Shown here: one piece after another, positions 9,505-18,053 of the stretch
Layout of the letters: each line of letters opens with the position of its first letter
Position numbering within the stretch: the first letter of the stretch is position 1
IMG/VR virus record: IMGVR_UViG_3300017987_000073
Location: 16,563 to 80,562 of that record
Reading direction: 5' to 3' (one strand)
Source of the DNA: a virus
Length of the DNA stretch: 64,000 bases
The notes under the pieces: model-generated
What the model saw: only the letters and a program-made list of their open reading frames with translations
Told to the model about the DNA's origin: nothing
Database searches by the model: none
Made by a program: the position numbers and the translations under genes

Positions 9505-9896
9505 TCTCGTCTCCTGTCCACGACCACGATCACGTCGTACACTCGCACGGGCGGACCGGGGTCGACGAAGTCCCTTATCCAGTGATCCGTCTCCTCGTTC
9601 CTCCGCTTCCGGAGGAGAAGTCGAATCTCGATCATCGTCAACCGAACGAACCCCGGGGGGTTGCCCCTAACCCTGGTCCGCCTCCGGATCTGACTCCGGA
9701 CGCGGGAGAGGATCTGGTGAACCCGCTTGACCGGAGGCGAGGCGTACCCGTACCCCGGACACTCCTTGCACGTCGCCCCGCAACTCGGGCACCGACACCC
9801 CCGATCCACGAGGGGTCGATCCGGTGGCGTCGGGCAGTCACACGCCATCTTCCTCAGTCGCCCCGCCTGCAAAGCGAAGTTGTCGTCCACGTCCAT
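9501..9896 (-). CDS. hypothetical Cys-rich protein
   Basis: CDC, CRCPSC, CKEC; coupled to the amidase. Confidence 0.5.
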   Translation of the reverse strand: MDVDDNFALQAGRLRKMACDCPTPPDRPLVDRGCRCPSCGATCKECPGYGYASPPVKRVHQILSRVRSQIRRRTRVRGNPPGFVRLTMIEIRLLLRKRRNEETDHWIRDFVDPGPPVRVYDVIVVVDRRRE

Positions 9897-9927
9897 CTTG
9901 CAGTACAGTTCCCGATCCTCCCCGGCT

Positions 9928-10362
9928 TCACTTCGACCGGTAGTACAACGTGACCTCGCTCAACGCCCGAGGTTTCCCGAGTTTCCTCCAGAGTCCCACC
10001 GAGAGGTCGACTACCGCGCGCCACCTCCACCCCGGGGGCGGCCGCCGCTTCACCCAGACCTTCCACCGTCCCTCGGCGACCGCCCGCTTCAGCTTCCCGC
10101 GGTAGATCCCGAAGGGCCCGGCGTCCTGCACCGTCGCCCACTCGCATCTCTTCGTCCGCCTCGCGCAGACCAGAACCGGCGTCCCGCACCCGATCCGCCA
10201 CCACTTCCGGTGAGCAATGTGAACCTGATCCTCCGTGAACTCCCCGCCGCAGGCCAGCTCGCCGGAATTGAACCCGTCCCCCGGTCGATAGACCGAGAGT
10301 CGCCCCCGCTCCATCTCGTACCCCGAGGAGAGCAGGCTCAGGATCACCGCCACCCAACTCAT
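9928..10362 (-). CDS. RlpA-like double-psi beta-barrel secreted protein
   Basis: Hydrophobic N-terminus; LACG..F, IAHR, GT.V.V, V.DAGPF and VVDLS motifs. Confidence 0.75.
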   Translation of the reverse strand: MSWVAVILSLLSSGYEMERGRLSVYRPGDGFNSGELACGGEFTEDQVHIAHRKWWRIGCGTPVLVCARRTKRCEWATVQDAGPFGIYRGKLKRAVAEGRWKVWVKRRPPPGWRWRAVVDLSVGLWRKLGKPRALSEVTLYYRSK

Positions 10363-10607
10363 CGAACCCGCTCCAACCAACGGTCGACGCCCCCGCGGAT
10401 CCCGCGGAGCGCCGCGTCCTGCTTCTCCGTAACGTGGGACTCCGTGTCGATCCACTCCACGATCCCCTCCACCTTCTCCTGAACCTCCTCCGCGAACTCC
10501 TCGGCCCCCAGCGGGAGCCGCCCGCTCTCCGCGTGCTCCCTCAACAGGTTGAGATCCGCGACCAACTCCTCACCGAAGTCGACCGCCTCGTCCGGTGTTA
10601 TCATCAT
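10359..10607 (-). CDS. hypothetical protein
   Basis: ATGA coupling, GGAGG RBS. Confidence 0.65.
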   Translation of the reverse strand: MMITPDEAVDFGEELVADLNLLREHAESGRLPLGAEEFAEEVQEKVEGIVEWIDTESHVTEKQDAALRGIRGGVDRWLERVR

Positions 10608-10996
10608 TGCACCTCCGCTAACCGCTTGACCCGCGGTTTCCGCTGCATCTTAACCCGAGTTACACCCTTCTCCGCAAGCGTTCGATGTAAGGTTTCGTAC
10701 ACCTCGAGCCGCCGGCGAACCTCCCGCACGATCGCCGGCGGGAGAAGTTCCCACCCCCGACGTCCGAGCTCGTCTATCAACTCCGACGCCGGGAGCCGCC
10801 GCGGGATCTGCCCGAGCACCGTCGAGACGATCTCCGCCCCCACCTTCTTCCCGATCTTGTCCCCGGAGTAGCTCTCGACCACCTCGGCGACCGCACCCTC
10901 GACCGCCGACTCGAGGGAGTCCCGGAAGAGTCCCGTCGCGACGTCCTCGAGCTCCACGCGGTCCCCGCCCCGCAAGTCGTCGTACATCTCAGCCAT
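10604..10996 (-). CDS. hypothetical protein
   Basis: GGAGG RBS; coupled to both neighbours. Confidence 0.65.
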   Translation of the reverse strand: MAEMYDDLRGGDRVELEDVATGLFRDSLESAVEGAVAEVVESYSGDKIGKKVGAEIVSTVLGQIPRRLPASELIDELGRRGWELLPPAIVREVRRRLEVYETLHRTLAEKGVTRVKMQRKPRVKRLAEVQ

Positions 10997-11680
10997 CTCC
11001 GACCTCCTTCGCGAACGGCTGATCCAGCACGTTCACGGGTTGCTGCTTCGTCGTCCGCAGGAAGCCCCGACGCTCCGACTCCGGGAGGTCCTCCAGCTTC
11101 ACCTCACCGGCGCGGATCCGGAGCTCCGTCCGAAGGAGCTGGGCGATCACGTAGGCGTCCGCCACGTTCCCCGCGGCCCCGTCCGTCTTCCCGAACTCCA
11201 GGAAGTTCCGACCCTCCCACTTGTCCCGACACGCGAGGACCATGTCCGCCTTCTCGGCGTCCCCCCGCCCCGTAGCGAAGATCTTGACCCCCTGGACGTC
11301 GTAGGCCCTGAAGGGGATCCCCAGAAGCAGGAGCTCGATCCTCACGAGCCCCCCGACCTCTCCGAGCGAGTGCGCGAACGCCTTCCGCGCCAGAGCGTAG
11401 TCCTCGAGCGCCGCGTGGGTCGGCTTCCACTTCGCCAGGAACGCCCCCAGGTTGACCCGCAGGTCCGCCAACCGAAGCACTCGCCCGAGCTCGTCCCCCG
11501 CCTTCACCTCCCGCGGCGCGAGCGCGCCGAGTTCCCTCTGCTTCTTGCGGCGGTCTTGTTGTCGGCGTAGTACATCAGATCGACCAGCGCGCCGTCGACC
11601 AACGCGACGGCCGCCGTCCCGCGCGCCGACTGATCGATCCCGACCAACGGTCCGGACCCCGCTCCGATCAGTCGCTTCAC
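10989..11680 (-). pseudogene. RuvC-like Holliday junction resolvase, split by an apparent 1-nt deletion near 11547
   Basis: N-terminus VGIDQSARGTA (GTG 11680) is in one frame; LEDY, LGEVGG, VKIFATGRGDAEKADMV and NVADAY are in the -1 frame. May be a sequencing indel. Confidence 0.82.
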
Positions 11681-12543
11681 CGCTTCCTCCTGTCTTCCAT
11701 CAACCGCCTCGCCGCGGCCCGCACCTGCTCCGGATCCCGCTCCACGTAGTAACAGACCCGCTTCGCTCGATCCGCCGCGACCAACGTCGTCCCCGTCCCC
11801 CCGAAGAGGTCCATAACCAGACCCCCCTGGGTGCTCCCGGTCCGTACGAGCTTCTCGATCACGTCCAGCGGCTTCTGAGCTCGGTTCAAGAACTCCCCGT
11901 CCTCCCTCCGAAGTCGCTCGACGGTGTGCACCACCGGCCGCTCGACCCACCACGGGCAAACCACCGGGAAGAACTCCCCGTCTGGCGCCGCGACGAACCA
12001 GCTCCGCTGCTTCGGGAGGTTGTCCAGATAGAAGGGAGCCCCGACCCCCGAGCTCATCACCAGGAATTCGCATGCCGAGGCGACGCAGGCCTTTCTGATC
12101 GAGTGTGGCGGGTTCGACTTGGCCCACACGTAGGTGGGCCACACCTTGAGACCCACCGACCGGAGCGCCCGCTTCACGTCGGAGAGCCACCAGTCCGAGG
12201 TCCAGACCCACACGTTCGCGTGTGGCGCCAGACGTCCCGCCGCGGACGCCAACCGCTGGAGGAGTTCCTCCATCTGCGCGTCGTCGACTTTGTCCCACTT
12301 CTCCTCGAAGTGCTGGTCCTTCCGATCCCTCCGCTCCTTGGAGTTGGTCTTCAGGGACGTCAATCGACTCGCCACGTCGGCGAGTTGGTAGGGCGGATCG
12401 GCGACCACGAGCTCGACGTTCCCGATCCCGATCAGGTCCTTCAGGAACTTCGCGTCCGTGGCGTCCCCGCAAGCGACCACGTGACCCACCTCCGGGTCCT
12501 CCCAGACGAACCCGGGAGCTATCTCCGCGCGCAGGTTCTTCAT
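11677..12543 (-). CDS. DNA N6-adenine/N4-cytosine methyltransferase (beta class)
   Basis: DPPY precedes QKP and DLFGGTGTT (SAM-binding motif). Confidence 0.92.
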   Translation of the reverse strand: MKNLRAEIAPGFVWEDPEVGHVVACGDATDAKFLKDLIGIGNVELVVADPPYQLADVASRLTSLKTNSKERRDRKDQHFEEKWDKVDDAQMEELLQRLASAAGRLAPHANVWVWTSDWWLSDVKRALRSVGLKVWPTYVWAKSNPPHSIRKACVASACEFLVMSSGVGAPFYLDNLPKQRSWFVAAPDGEFFPVVCPWWVERPVVHTVERLRREDGEFLNRAQKPLDVIEKLVRTGSTQGGLVMDLFGGTGTTLVAADRAKRVCYYVERDPEQVRAAARRLMEDRRKR

Positions 12544-12546
12544 CGG

Positions 12547-12966
12547 TTAGAAGGGGATATCGTCGTCGAAGGGTGAGTCGCCGTATTCTTTCCCATCGCC
12601 TCGATCGGACTCCTCGGACGTCCGCTCCGACTTGGGCTTACCCAGGAAGATCACGTTCTCCGCGACGACCTCGGTGATCCACCGCCGTTCGCCGTCCTTG
12701 TCCTCCCAGCTCCGAGTCTCGATCCGTCCCTCGACGTAAACTTGCTGACCCTTCACGAGCCACTCGTGACACTTCTCCCCGAGCGCCCCCCACGCGACGA
12801 CCTTGTGCCAGGTGGTCTTCTCGTTCCAGTTGTCGTCCTTGCCCTTCCACGACCGACTCGTCGCAATCGCGAAGTTGCAGATCGCCGTCCCGCTCGAGAT
12901 GTACCGAAGCTCGGGGTCCGCCCCGAGCCGTCCGAGCAAGGTCACCTTGTTGACCGTCTTCTCCAT
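12547..12966 (-). CDS. ssb: single-stranded DNA-binding protein
   Basis: VNKVTLLGRLGADPELR, WHKVVAWG, KGQQVYVEGRI, C-terminal DDDIPF. Confidence 0.97.
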   Translation of the reverse strand: MEKTVNKVTLLGRLGADPELRYISSGTAICNFAIATSRSWKGKDDNWNEKTTWHKVVAWGALGEKCHEWLVKGQQVYVEGRIETRSWEDKDGERRWITEVVAENVIFLGKPKSERTSEESDRGDGKEYGDSPFDDDIPF

Positions 12967-12976
12967 CGAATCCTCC

Positions 12977-15178
12977 CTAATCGGTCCAGACCGCGGACCG
13001 ATCCTCGTCGTCCCACCGGTGCACCGTCACGACCGAGTCGAACTCGCGCCGCACGTCCGCGTGGGTGATCAGGAGCACTTGCCTGATCCCGAGGTCGTTC
13101 ATCTTTCGCCTCAAAAGCCCGTGGAGCGCCGCTCGGTTCGGCTCGTCCAGCGCCCCGTCCGGTTCGTCGATCAGCAGGTGCTCGCACCGCACCGCCCGGA
13201 TCGCCCCGGGCAACGTCGCGAGTCCCAGCCTCGCCCCGAGCGAGAGGAGGACCTTCCCACCCCCCGAGTCCAACTCGAAGGAGCTCTCGTTTCCCCCGTC
13301 CTCCACCTCCAGACGGAGCTCGTCCCGCCGGCGCTTCCGCCGCGGCGCCCCGCAAACCTTGCACACGTGCGTCCGCTCGCCCTTCTCGAACGCCTCGCCG
13401 CACGCCAGACACCCCGGCTCCCAGTCCTTGAGCTCACGGGTCGGCTCGAACCGGAGACGAAGCGTCGTCCCGAGCACCTCGAGCACCGAGTTCATCGCGT
13501 CCTCCGCCACCCCGAACGCGTTCTCGAGCTCCCGACTCGGAATCCCACTCGCGCCGAACGCGTAGCTCGTCCAGGCCAGCCTAGAGATCCGCTCCCTGAT
13601 CTCCTCTCGCTCGGACGCGATCCCATCGAGCTGCTCCCTCGCGCGCTCGTACTCGGCGACCGCGGCGCGAGCGTCCGCCGCCCGCCGCTCCAAGTCGTCC
13701 CGGTGCTGCACCGCTCCGTCGCACCGCTCCACCGCCTCGGCAAGGTCTCGCACCACCCGAGCGTCGATCCCCGGGATCTCCTCGATCCGCTTCTCCAGTC
13801 GCTCCAGGTCGCGCTCGATCGGGTCCTCTCGCTCCAGAGCCGCGCTCGCCTCCTTCAACTTCCGCTCCACCTCCGCGAAGTTCCGCTCCGCCTCCTCCGT
13901 CCCCGGGCGCTTCCGCGCCTCCTCGAGCTCGTCGACGGAGCTTTCCAACTTTCTCCGGAACCTCGAAGCCTCGCTCGACCGATCCTCGGCCGCCTCGATC
14001 TCCCGCTCCAGGCGCTCGAGCGCCCGACGCGTGGTCAGACCCTCCCGCTTGATCTCGTCGAGAACCGACGAGTCCGCCTCGATCCGGTCGCACGCCTCGC
14101 GCAGTACCGGACACACTCCCGTTCTGGTCTTCTCGAGCTCCTTGTACTTCTCGAGCAGGGAGTTCCGTCGATCGGCGTTCTCGTCCCGCTCCCGCTTCAA
14201 GCGGATCACCTCGTCCCGGACTTTGGCGAGATCGTCGCGCACCGCCCGGAGCGCCTCCTCCTCCACCTCGAGCGTCCGAACTCGCTCGTCCCGCTCCCTG
14301 GCCTCCCTCACCGCTTGCTTGGCCCTGGTCAACGCGAACTCCGCGTTCCGGTGGTCGCTCTCCTTCTTCCGAGATCGTCGGTCCCACTCCTCCCGAAGAT
14401 CCTCGAGCTCGCGCTCGAGCTCCCGTCGGCGACCTTGCTCCTCGTCCTCCGCCTTCATCGCCGCCTTGAGCTCGCGAACCCGCTCCTCAGCCCGATCGAC
14501 CTCGACCCTCGACCTATCGAGCTCCGCGACCAGTCCCTCGAGCTCCTCGGCCCGAGCGTCCCCGTCGTTCAACACCTCCTCGAGCTCTCGCTCCCGACGA
14601 TCCAACGCGCGCAGGTCCGATCGCGCCGCGTTCAACCGCTTCCGCGCCAGGTCGGCGCGAGGTACCCACCTATCCGTCCGGAACCAGGGGGAGACGATCC
14701 GCCGCTTCTCCGCCGGCGTCGCCTTCAGGAACCCGTGGATCTCCCCCTGGACGAACGCGTTCGTGTTCAGGTACTCGTCATAGGTCAACCCGAGGATCTC
14801 CCGCTCGACCGCCCGCTTCAGATCCTCGTCCGAGATCTTCGATCCGTTGAGCTCTCTAATCGGGTCTCCACCGGCGGTCCGCCCCCGCTTGATCGACCAC
14901 TCCCGAGCGTCCGAGCTCTCGACCTCCACCTCGACGAACGCGTCCTCCTGCCCTCGAGCGAGTCGGTGGGCGAAGTCGTCCACCCGCTTCCCCCGGAACT
15001 CCCCGTGGAGCGCGTACATCGGAGCGTCCACCGCGAAGAAAGACTTCCCCGCCCGGTTGCTCCGAACCTCGCTGTCCTCGTACCTGGCGATCACCACGGT
15101 GGGCCCGAGCGGAAGCTCGACCGACCACTCCCCCAGAAACGGCCCGGCGTTCGTCACTCCTATCCGTCGATAGATCAC
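12977..15178 (-). CDS. SbcC/Rad50-like SMC ATPase
   Basis: Walker A SNRAGKS, Q-loop FVQGE, coiled coil with central CPVLREAC hook, signature DSGGG, Walker B/D-loop LLIDEPDGALD, LITH. Confidence 0.93.
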   Translation of the reverse strand: MIYRRIGVTNAGPFLGEWSVELPLGPTVVIARYEDSEVRSNRAGKSFFAVDAPMYALHGEFRGKRVDDFAHRLARGQEDAFVEVEVESSDAREWSIKRGRTAGGDPIRELNGSKISDEDLKRAVEREILGLTYDEYLNTNAFVQGEIHGFLKATPAEKRRIVSPWFRTDRWVPRADLARKRLNAARSDLRALDRRERELEEVLNDGDARAEELEGLVAELDRSRVEVDRAEERVRELKAAMKAEDEEQGRRRELERELEDLREEWDRRSRKKESDHRNAEFALTRAKQAVREARERDERVRTLEVEEEALRAVRDDLAKVRDEVIRLKRERDENADRRNSLLEKYKELEKTRTGVCPVLREACDRIEADSSVLDEIKREGLTTRRALERLEREIEAAEDRSSEASRFRRKLESSVDELEEARKRPGTEEAERNFAEVERKLKEASAALEREDPIERDLERLEKRIEEIPGIDARVVRDLAEAVERCDGAVQHRDDLERRAADARAAVAEYERAREQLDGIASEREEIRERISRLAWTSYAFGASGIPSRELENAFGVAEDAMNSVLEVLGTTLRLRFEPTRELKDWEPGCLACGEAFEKGERTHVCKVCGAPRRKRRRDELRLEVEDGGNESSFELDSGGGKVLLSLGARLGLATLPGAIRAVRCEHLLIDEPDGALDEPNRAALHGLLRRKMNDLGIRQVLLITHADVRREFDSVVTVHRWDDEDRSAVWTD

Positions 15179-15206
15179 GCCATCCTCCTGAGTCTCGAAC
15201 TCCGCT

Positions 15207-15599
15207 TCATTCTCGATCCCCCGAGTCCGCGGCCCGGGCGAGCTTCGCGGCGAACTTCACCAGCCCCTTCGGGTCGCTCGGCTTCGTCTCCTCCGCGAAG
15301 AGACGGAGCGACTCCTCGATCGTCAGCTCCACCTCGTGGCGCGCGTCCCGCTTCACCTTCCGCCGCGCGACGTGCACCGTCGGCACCTTGCAGTAAATCG
15401 CGCCGGCCTCCAGGATCTCCGTCCGGAGCCCGTGGCGATCCACCTGGTCGGAGAGCTCCTCCGACACGTAGACCACCGGCTTGACCCGAGCACCGGCGAC
15501 CGACTCCGGGATCGCGAACCTCCCGTTCCACCCCGTGTCGAGCTCCCACCTAACCTCGAGCGTCGGGTCCGCCCCGGTTTCGATGAAGCGATCCCTCAT
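15207..15599 (-). CDS. SbcD C-terminal domain-like protein (detached)
   Basis: Begins like the linker after an SbcD nuclease domain (R.F); VAGARVKPV..., ILEAGA, helical tail LTIEESLRLF; lies directly upstream of sbcC. Confidence 0.55.
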   Translation of the reverse strand: MRDRFIETGADPTLEVRWELDTGWNGRFAIPESVAGARVKPVVYVSEELSDQVDRHGLRTEILEAGAIYCKVPTVHVARRKVKRDARHEVELTIEESLRLFAEETKPSDPKGLVKFAAKLARAADSGDRE

Positions 15600-15868
15600 A
15601 CCCCCTCCTGATCTCGCATCACCTCGAGCACGTCGTTGAACTCTCGGCGAAGCTCCGAGAAGAGCCGCTTGACCCCGTCCGGAACCGTGTCCCCCGGCTC
15701 CAGGGTAACCGAGGCCCCCAAGTTGATCGCGAGGGACTCGAATTCGGCGACCCGGTACTTCCGCTCGAGCGAGAGCCACACTCGATCCTGCTCCACCGGC
15801 GCGCTCGGAGCCTGGACCCCGAATCCCCCCGGTGGTGGTTTCAACTTCTTCAACCTCTTCTCGTCCAT
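15596..15868 (-). CDS. hypothetical phage protein
   Basis: GGAGG RBS; V.LS.ERKY.VAEFESL.I motif. Confidence 0.65.
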   Translation of the reverse strand: MDEKRLKKLKPPPGGFGVQAPSAPVEQDRVWLSLERKYRVAEFESLAINLGASVTLEPGDTVPDGVKRLFSELRREFNDVLEVMRDQEGV

Positions 15869-15869
15869 C

Positions 15870-16607
15870 TCATACCTCCGCTAAGATCATCCCCTTCGGA
15901 TCGTCGGCCTCCCCGAAGTCCACGTGAATCGAGGAGCCCACGACATTCACCTTCCCGACCTCCTGGTGCTTGTGCACGTGCCCGGCGTACACCCGGATCA
16001 CCTTCTTGCTCTTGATCAGACGCGCCGGGATCGAGACACCCGTGTCCCGCTGCACCGGGTCGAACTCCCCGAGCTTGACCCCCGGGACCTCCAGGTGCGA
16101 GAAGACGACGATCGGGAGGTCGGCCTTCTTCAGGATCTCCTTGGAGCTCTCCTCCAGGTACTCCTCCGCGCTCCCAGCCTCGCGCCGGAGCGCCCGGTCG
16201 TCCGTCACGTGGGGCAGGAAGACCAGAAGGTGGTCCTCCACCCGGTGACTCGAGACCCACTCCTCCACCGAGACCCGGTCGAAGTATCCCTCCAGCGGAA
16301 CGAAGGGGTCGAGCGGGTGCGACAACCCCCGAGTCGGGTGGTCGTGGTTCCCGACCAGAAGGAACGCGCGCCCCGAGGTCCTGGAGGCCCACTCGGCGAC
16401 CTCGACGAAGTACCTCATCGCCACCTCGTAGACCGCCGGCGTCGGGCGCGAGTTGTGGAAGAGATCGCCCAGGTCGACGTAGACGTCCGGTCGCTCCCGC
16501 CTGAGCACCTCCACGATCCCCCCGAGCACCCGCTCCTGCTCCTCGAGTCGCTCCATCCCGTCCGAGACGAGCCCGAGGTGCTTGTCCCCGCTGATCAAGA
16601 TCCTCAC
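15870..16607 (-). CDS. SbcD/Mre11-like metallophosphoesterase nuclease
   Basis: GDKHLG, GDLF, GNHD, SHL, AGHVHKHQ, GS..HVDFGE motifs; GTG 16607. Confidence 0.92.
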   Translation of the reverse strand: MRILISGDKHLGLVSDGMERLEEQERVLGGIVEVLRRERPDVYVDLGDLFHNSRPTPAVYEVAMRYFVEVAEWASRTSGRAFLLVGNHDHPTRGLSHPLDPFVPLEGYFDRVSVEEWVSSHRVEDHLLVFLPHVTDDRALRREAGSAEEYLEESSKEILKKADLPIVVFSHLEVPGVKLGEFDPVQRDTGVSIPARLIKSKKVIRVYAGHVHKHQEVGKVNVVGSSIHVDFGEADDPKGMILAEV

Positions 16608-16894
16608 GACTCCCCCCTCGTCTCGAGCACCGCCTTCAAGATCTCTTCCTCGCGGAAGTCGAGCTCGACCTCCCCGAGCGCGATCTTCTTGACCTCCCGG
16701 AAGTACGCGACCGTGGCGGCCGCCAGCTTCAGGAGCTTCCGGTCCTCGTCCGGCAGACCGAACTCCCCCGCGAGCGTCAGCGCCGCGCAGACCAGATCCG
16801 CCGCGTGCAGAACGTCCGACCCGAGGTCCCCCCTCCAGTTGCACGCCCGGAGGAACGCCTCGAAGCGCGTCAACCTACTCTCTGAACTCGTCAT
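16604..16894 (-). CDS. hypothetical protein
   Basis: GGAGGAG RBS; coupled to sbcD. Confidence 0.55.
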   Translation of the reverse strand: MTSSESRLTRFEAFLRACNWRGDLGSDVLHAADLVCAALTLAGEFGLPDEDRKLLKLAAATVAYFREVKKIALGEVELDFREEEILKAVLETRGES

Positions 16895-18053
16895 TCAACT
16901 CCTCCGCCATCTTCTCCCAGTTGCGCTTGACCGCGCCGTTCTCGTCCGGCGGCGCCTCCTCCTTGAGCCAGGTCAGAAACTCCGCCTTGCTCCCGGCGAG
17001 CCGCTCGTCGCCCTTGAAGTACCCCTTCCCCGTCCGGTGCTTCACCAAACCGCGCGTGATCGCCTCCTCCCGCACCTCGCGGGCGAAGTCGAGTCCCAGG
17101 GGCGTTTGATTCGTCGCCCCCACTGACGAGTAGAAGTAGGCTACCTCGTTCAAGTGCGGCCCGAGGGAGTTCTTGACCACCTCGAGCTCGTGCTTCTCAC
17201 CCACGAGGACCTTGTCATCCTTGTTCTTCACCTCCGCCTTGACCCGGCCGCAGGACGTCACCCGACAGATCCACCCCCCGTCGTAGATCGGGGACTCCCC
17301 GCCCTTGACTTTGTAGGTCCTCTGCCCGGGCATCGTGTCCATCCGCTTCGACTCCCGCTGAACGAAGACGAGGATCTCGTCTCTGTTCAACGTGGGGATC
17401 AACTTGTCGAGCCACTTGGAGGTCAGGAGGGCCCGAAGCGGATAGCCCCGCGCCTCGACCTTCCCCTTCAGGAGCTCCTCGAGCTCGCTGGAGGGCGTCA
17501 ATCGGTTGACGGAGTCCACCGCGATCGCCAGGAACGCCCCCTCCGGGAGTTCCCCGCCCTCCTTGGCCTTCTTGAACTTGGCCCGGTACTCCTCGATCTT
17601 GGCGATGCACTCCTCGTAGGTCCGCGGCTTGTAGTAGGCCACCTCGTCGAGCGCCCCGCAGATCGTCGAGAACCACTTGAGGTCAACCGCCCGACACTCC
17701 GCGTCAACGAAGAGCCCCCACCCCCCGGTGGCCCACGCGTCGTAGAGCACCTCGGCCGCGAAGAGCGTCTTCCCACCCTGGCTCGGTCCGTGGACCACCC
17801 CGAGCATCCCCCCGGGTATCCCGCCACACTTCAGCCCCCGGTTCAACGAGGTGAAGCGCGTGGGACACACGAGGGGCGGCGGGATCTCGCTCCAGAGCTG
17901 GAAACCCTCGATCGACCTCACCGCCTTGGAGAGCGTCTTGCTCCGAGCCGAGACGGGCGGGGGACGAACCGAGGCCACCTCCTCGGAGGTCGCCGGCTCG
18001 GCGGCCTCGGTCGTCTCCCGCTTCACTCGGCGGGACTTGCCCTTCTGCGCCAT
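16875..18053 (-). CDS. RecA/UvsX-like recombinase
   Basis: SLNRGLKCGGIPGG, Walker A GPSQGGKT, FVDAE, Walker B IAVDSV, KGG, VVKN. Confidence 0.9.
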   Translation of the reverse strand: MAQKGKSRRVKRETTEAAEPATSEEVASVRPPPVSARSKTLSKAVRSIEGFQLWSEIPPPLVCPTRFTSLNRGLKCGGIPGGMLGVVHGPSQGGKTLFAAEVLYDAWATGGWGLFVDAECRAVDLKWFSTICGALDEVAYYKPRTYEECIAKIEEYRAKFKKAKEGGELPEGAFLAIAVDSVNRLTPSSELEELLKGKVEARGYPLRALLTSKWLDKLIPTLNRDEILVFVQRESKRMDTMPGQRTYKVKGGESPIYDGGWICRVTSCGRVKAEVKNKDDKVLVGEKHELEVVKNSLGPHLNEVAYFYSSVGATNQTPLGLDFAREVREEAITRGLVKHRTGKGYFKGDERLAGSKAEFLTWLKEEAPPDENGAVKRNWEKMAEELNDEFRE

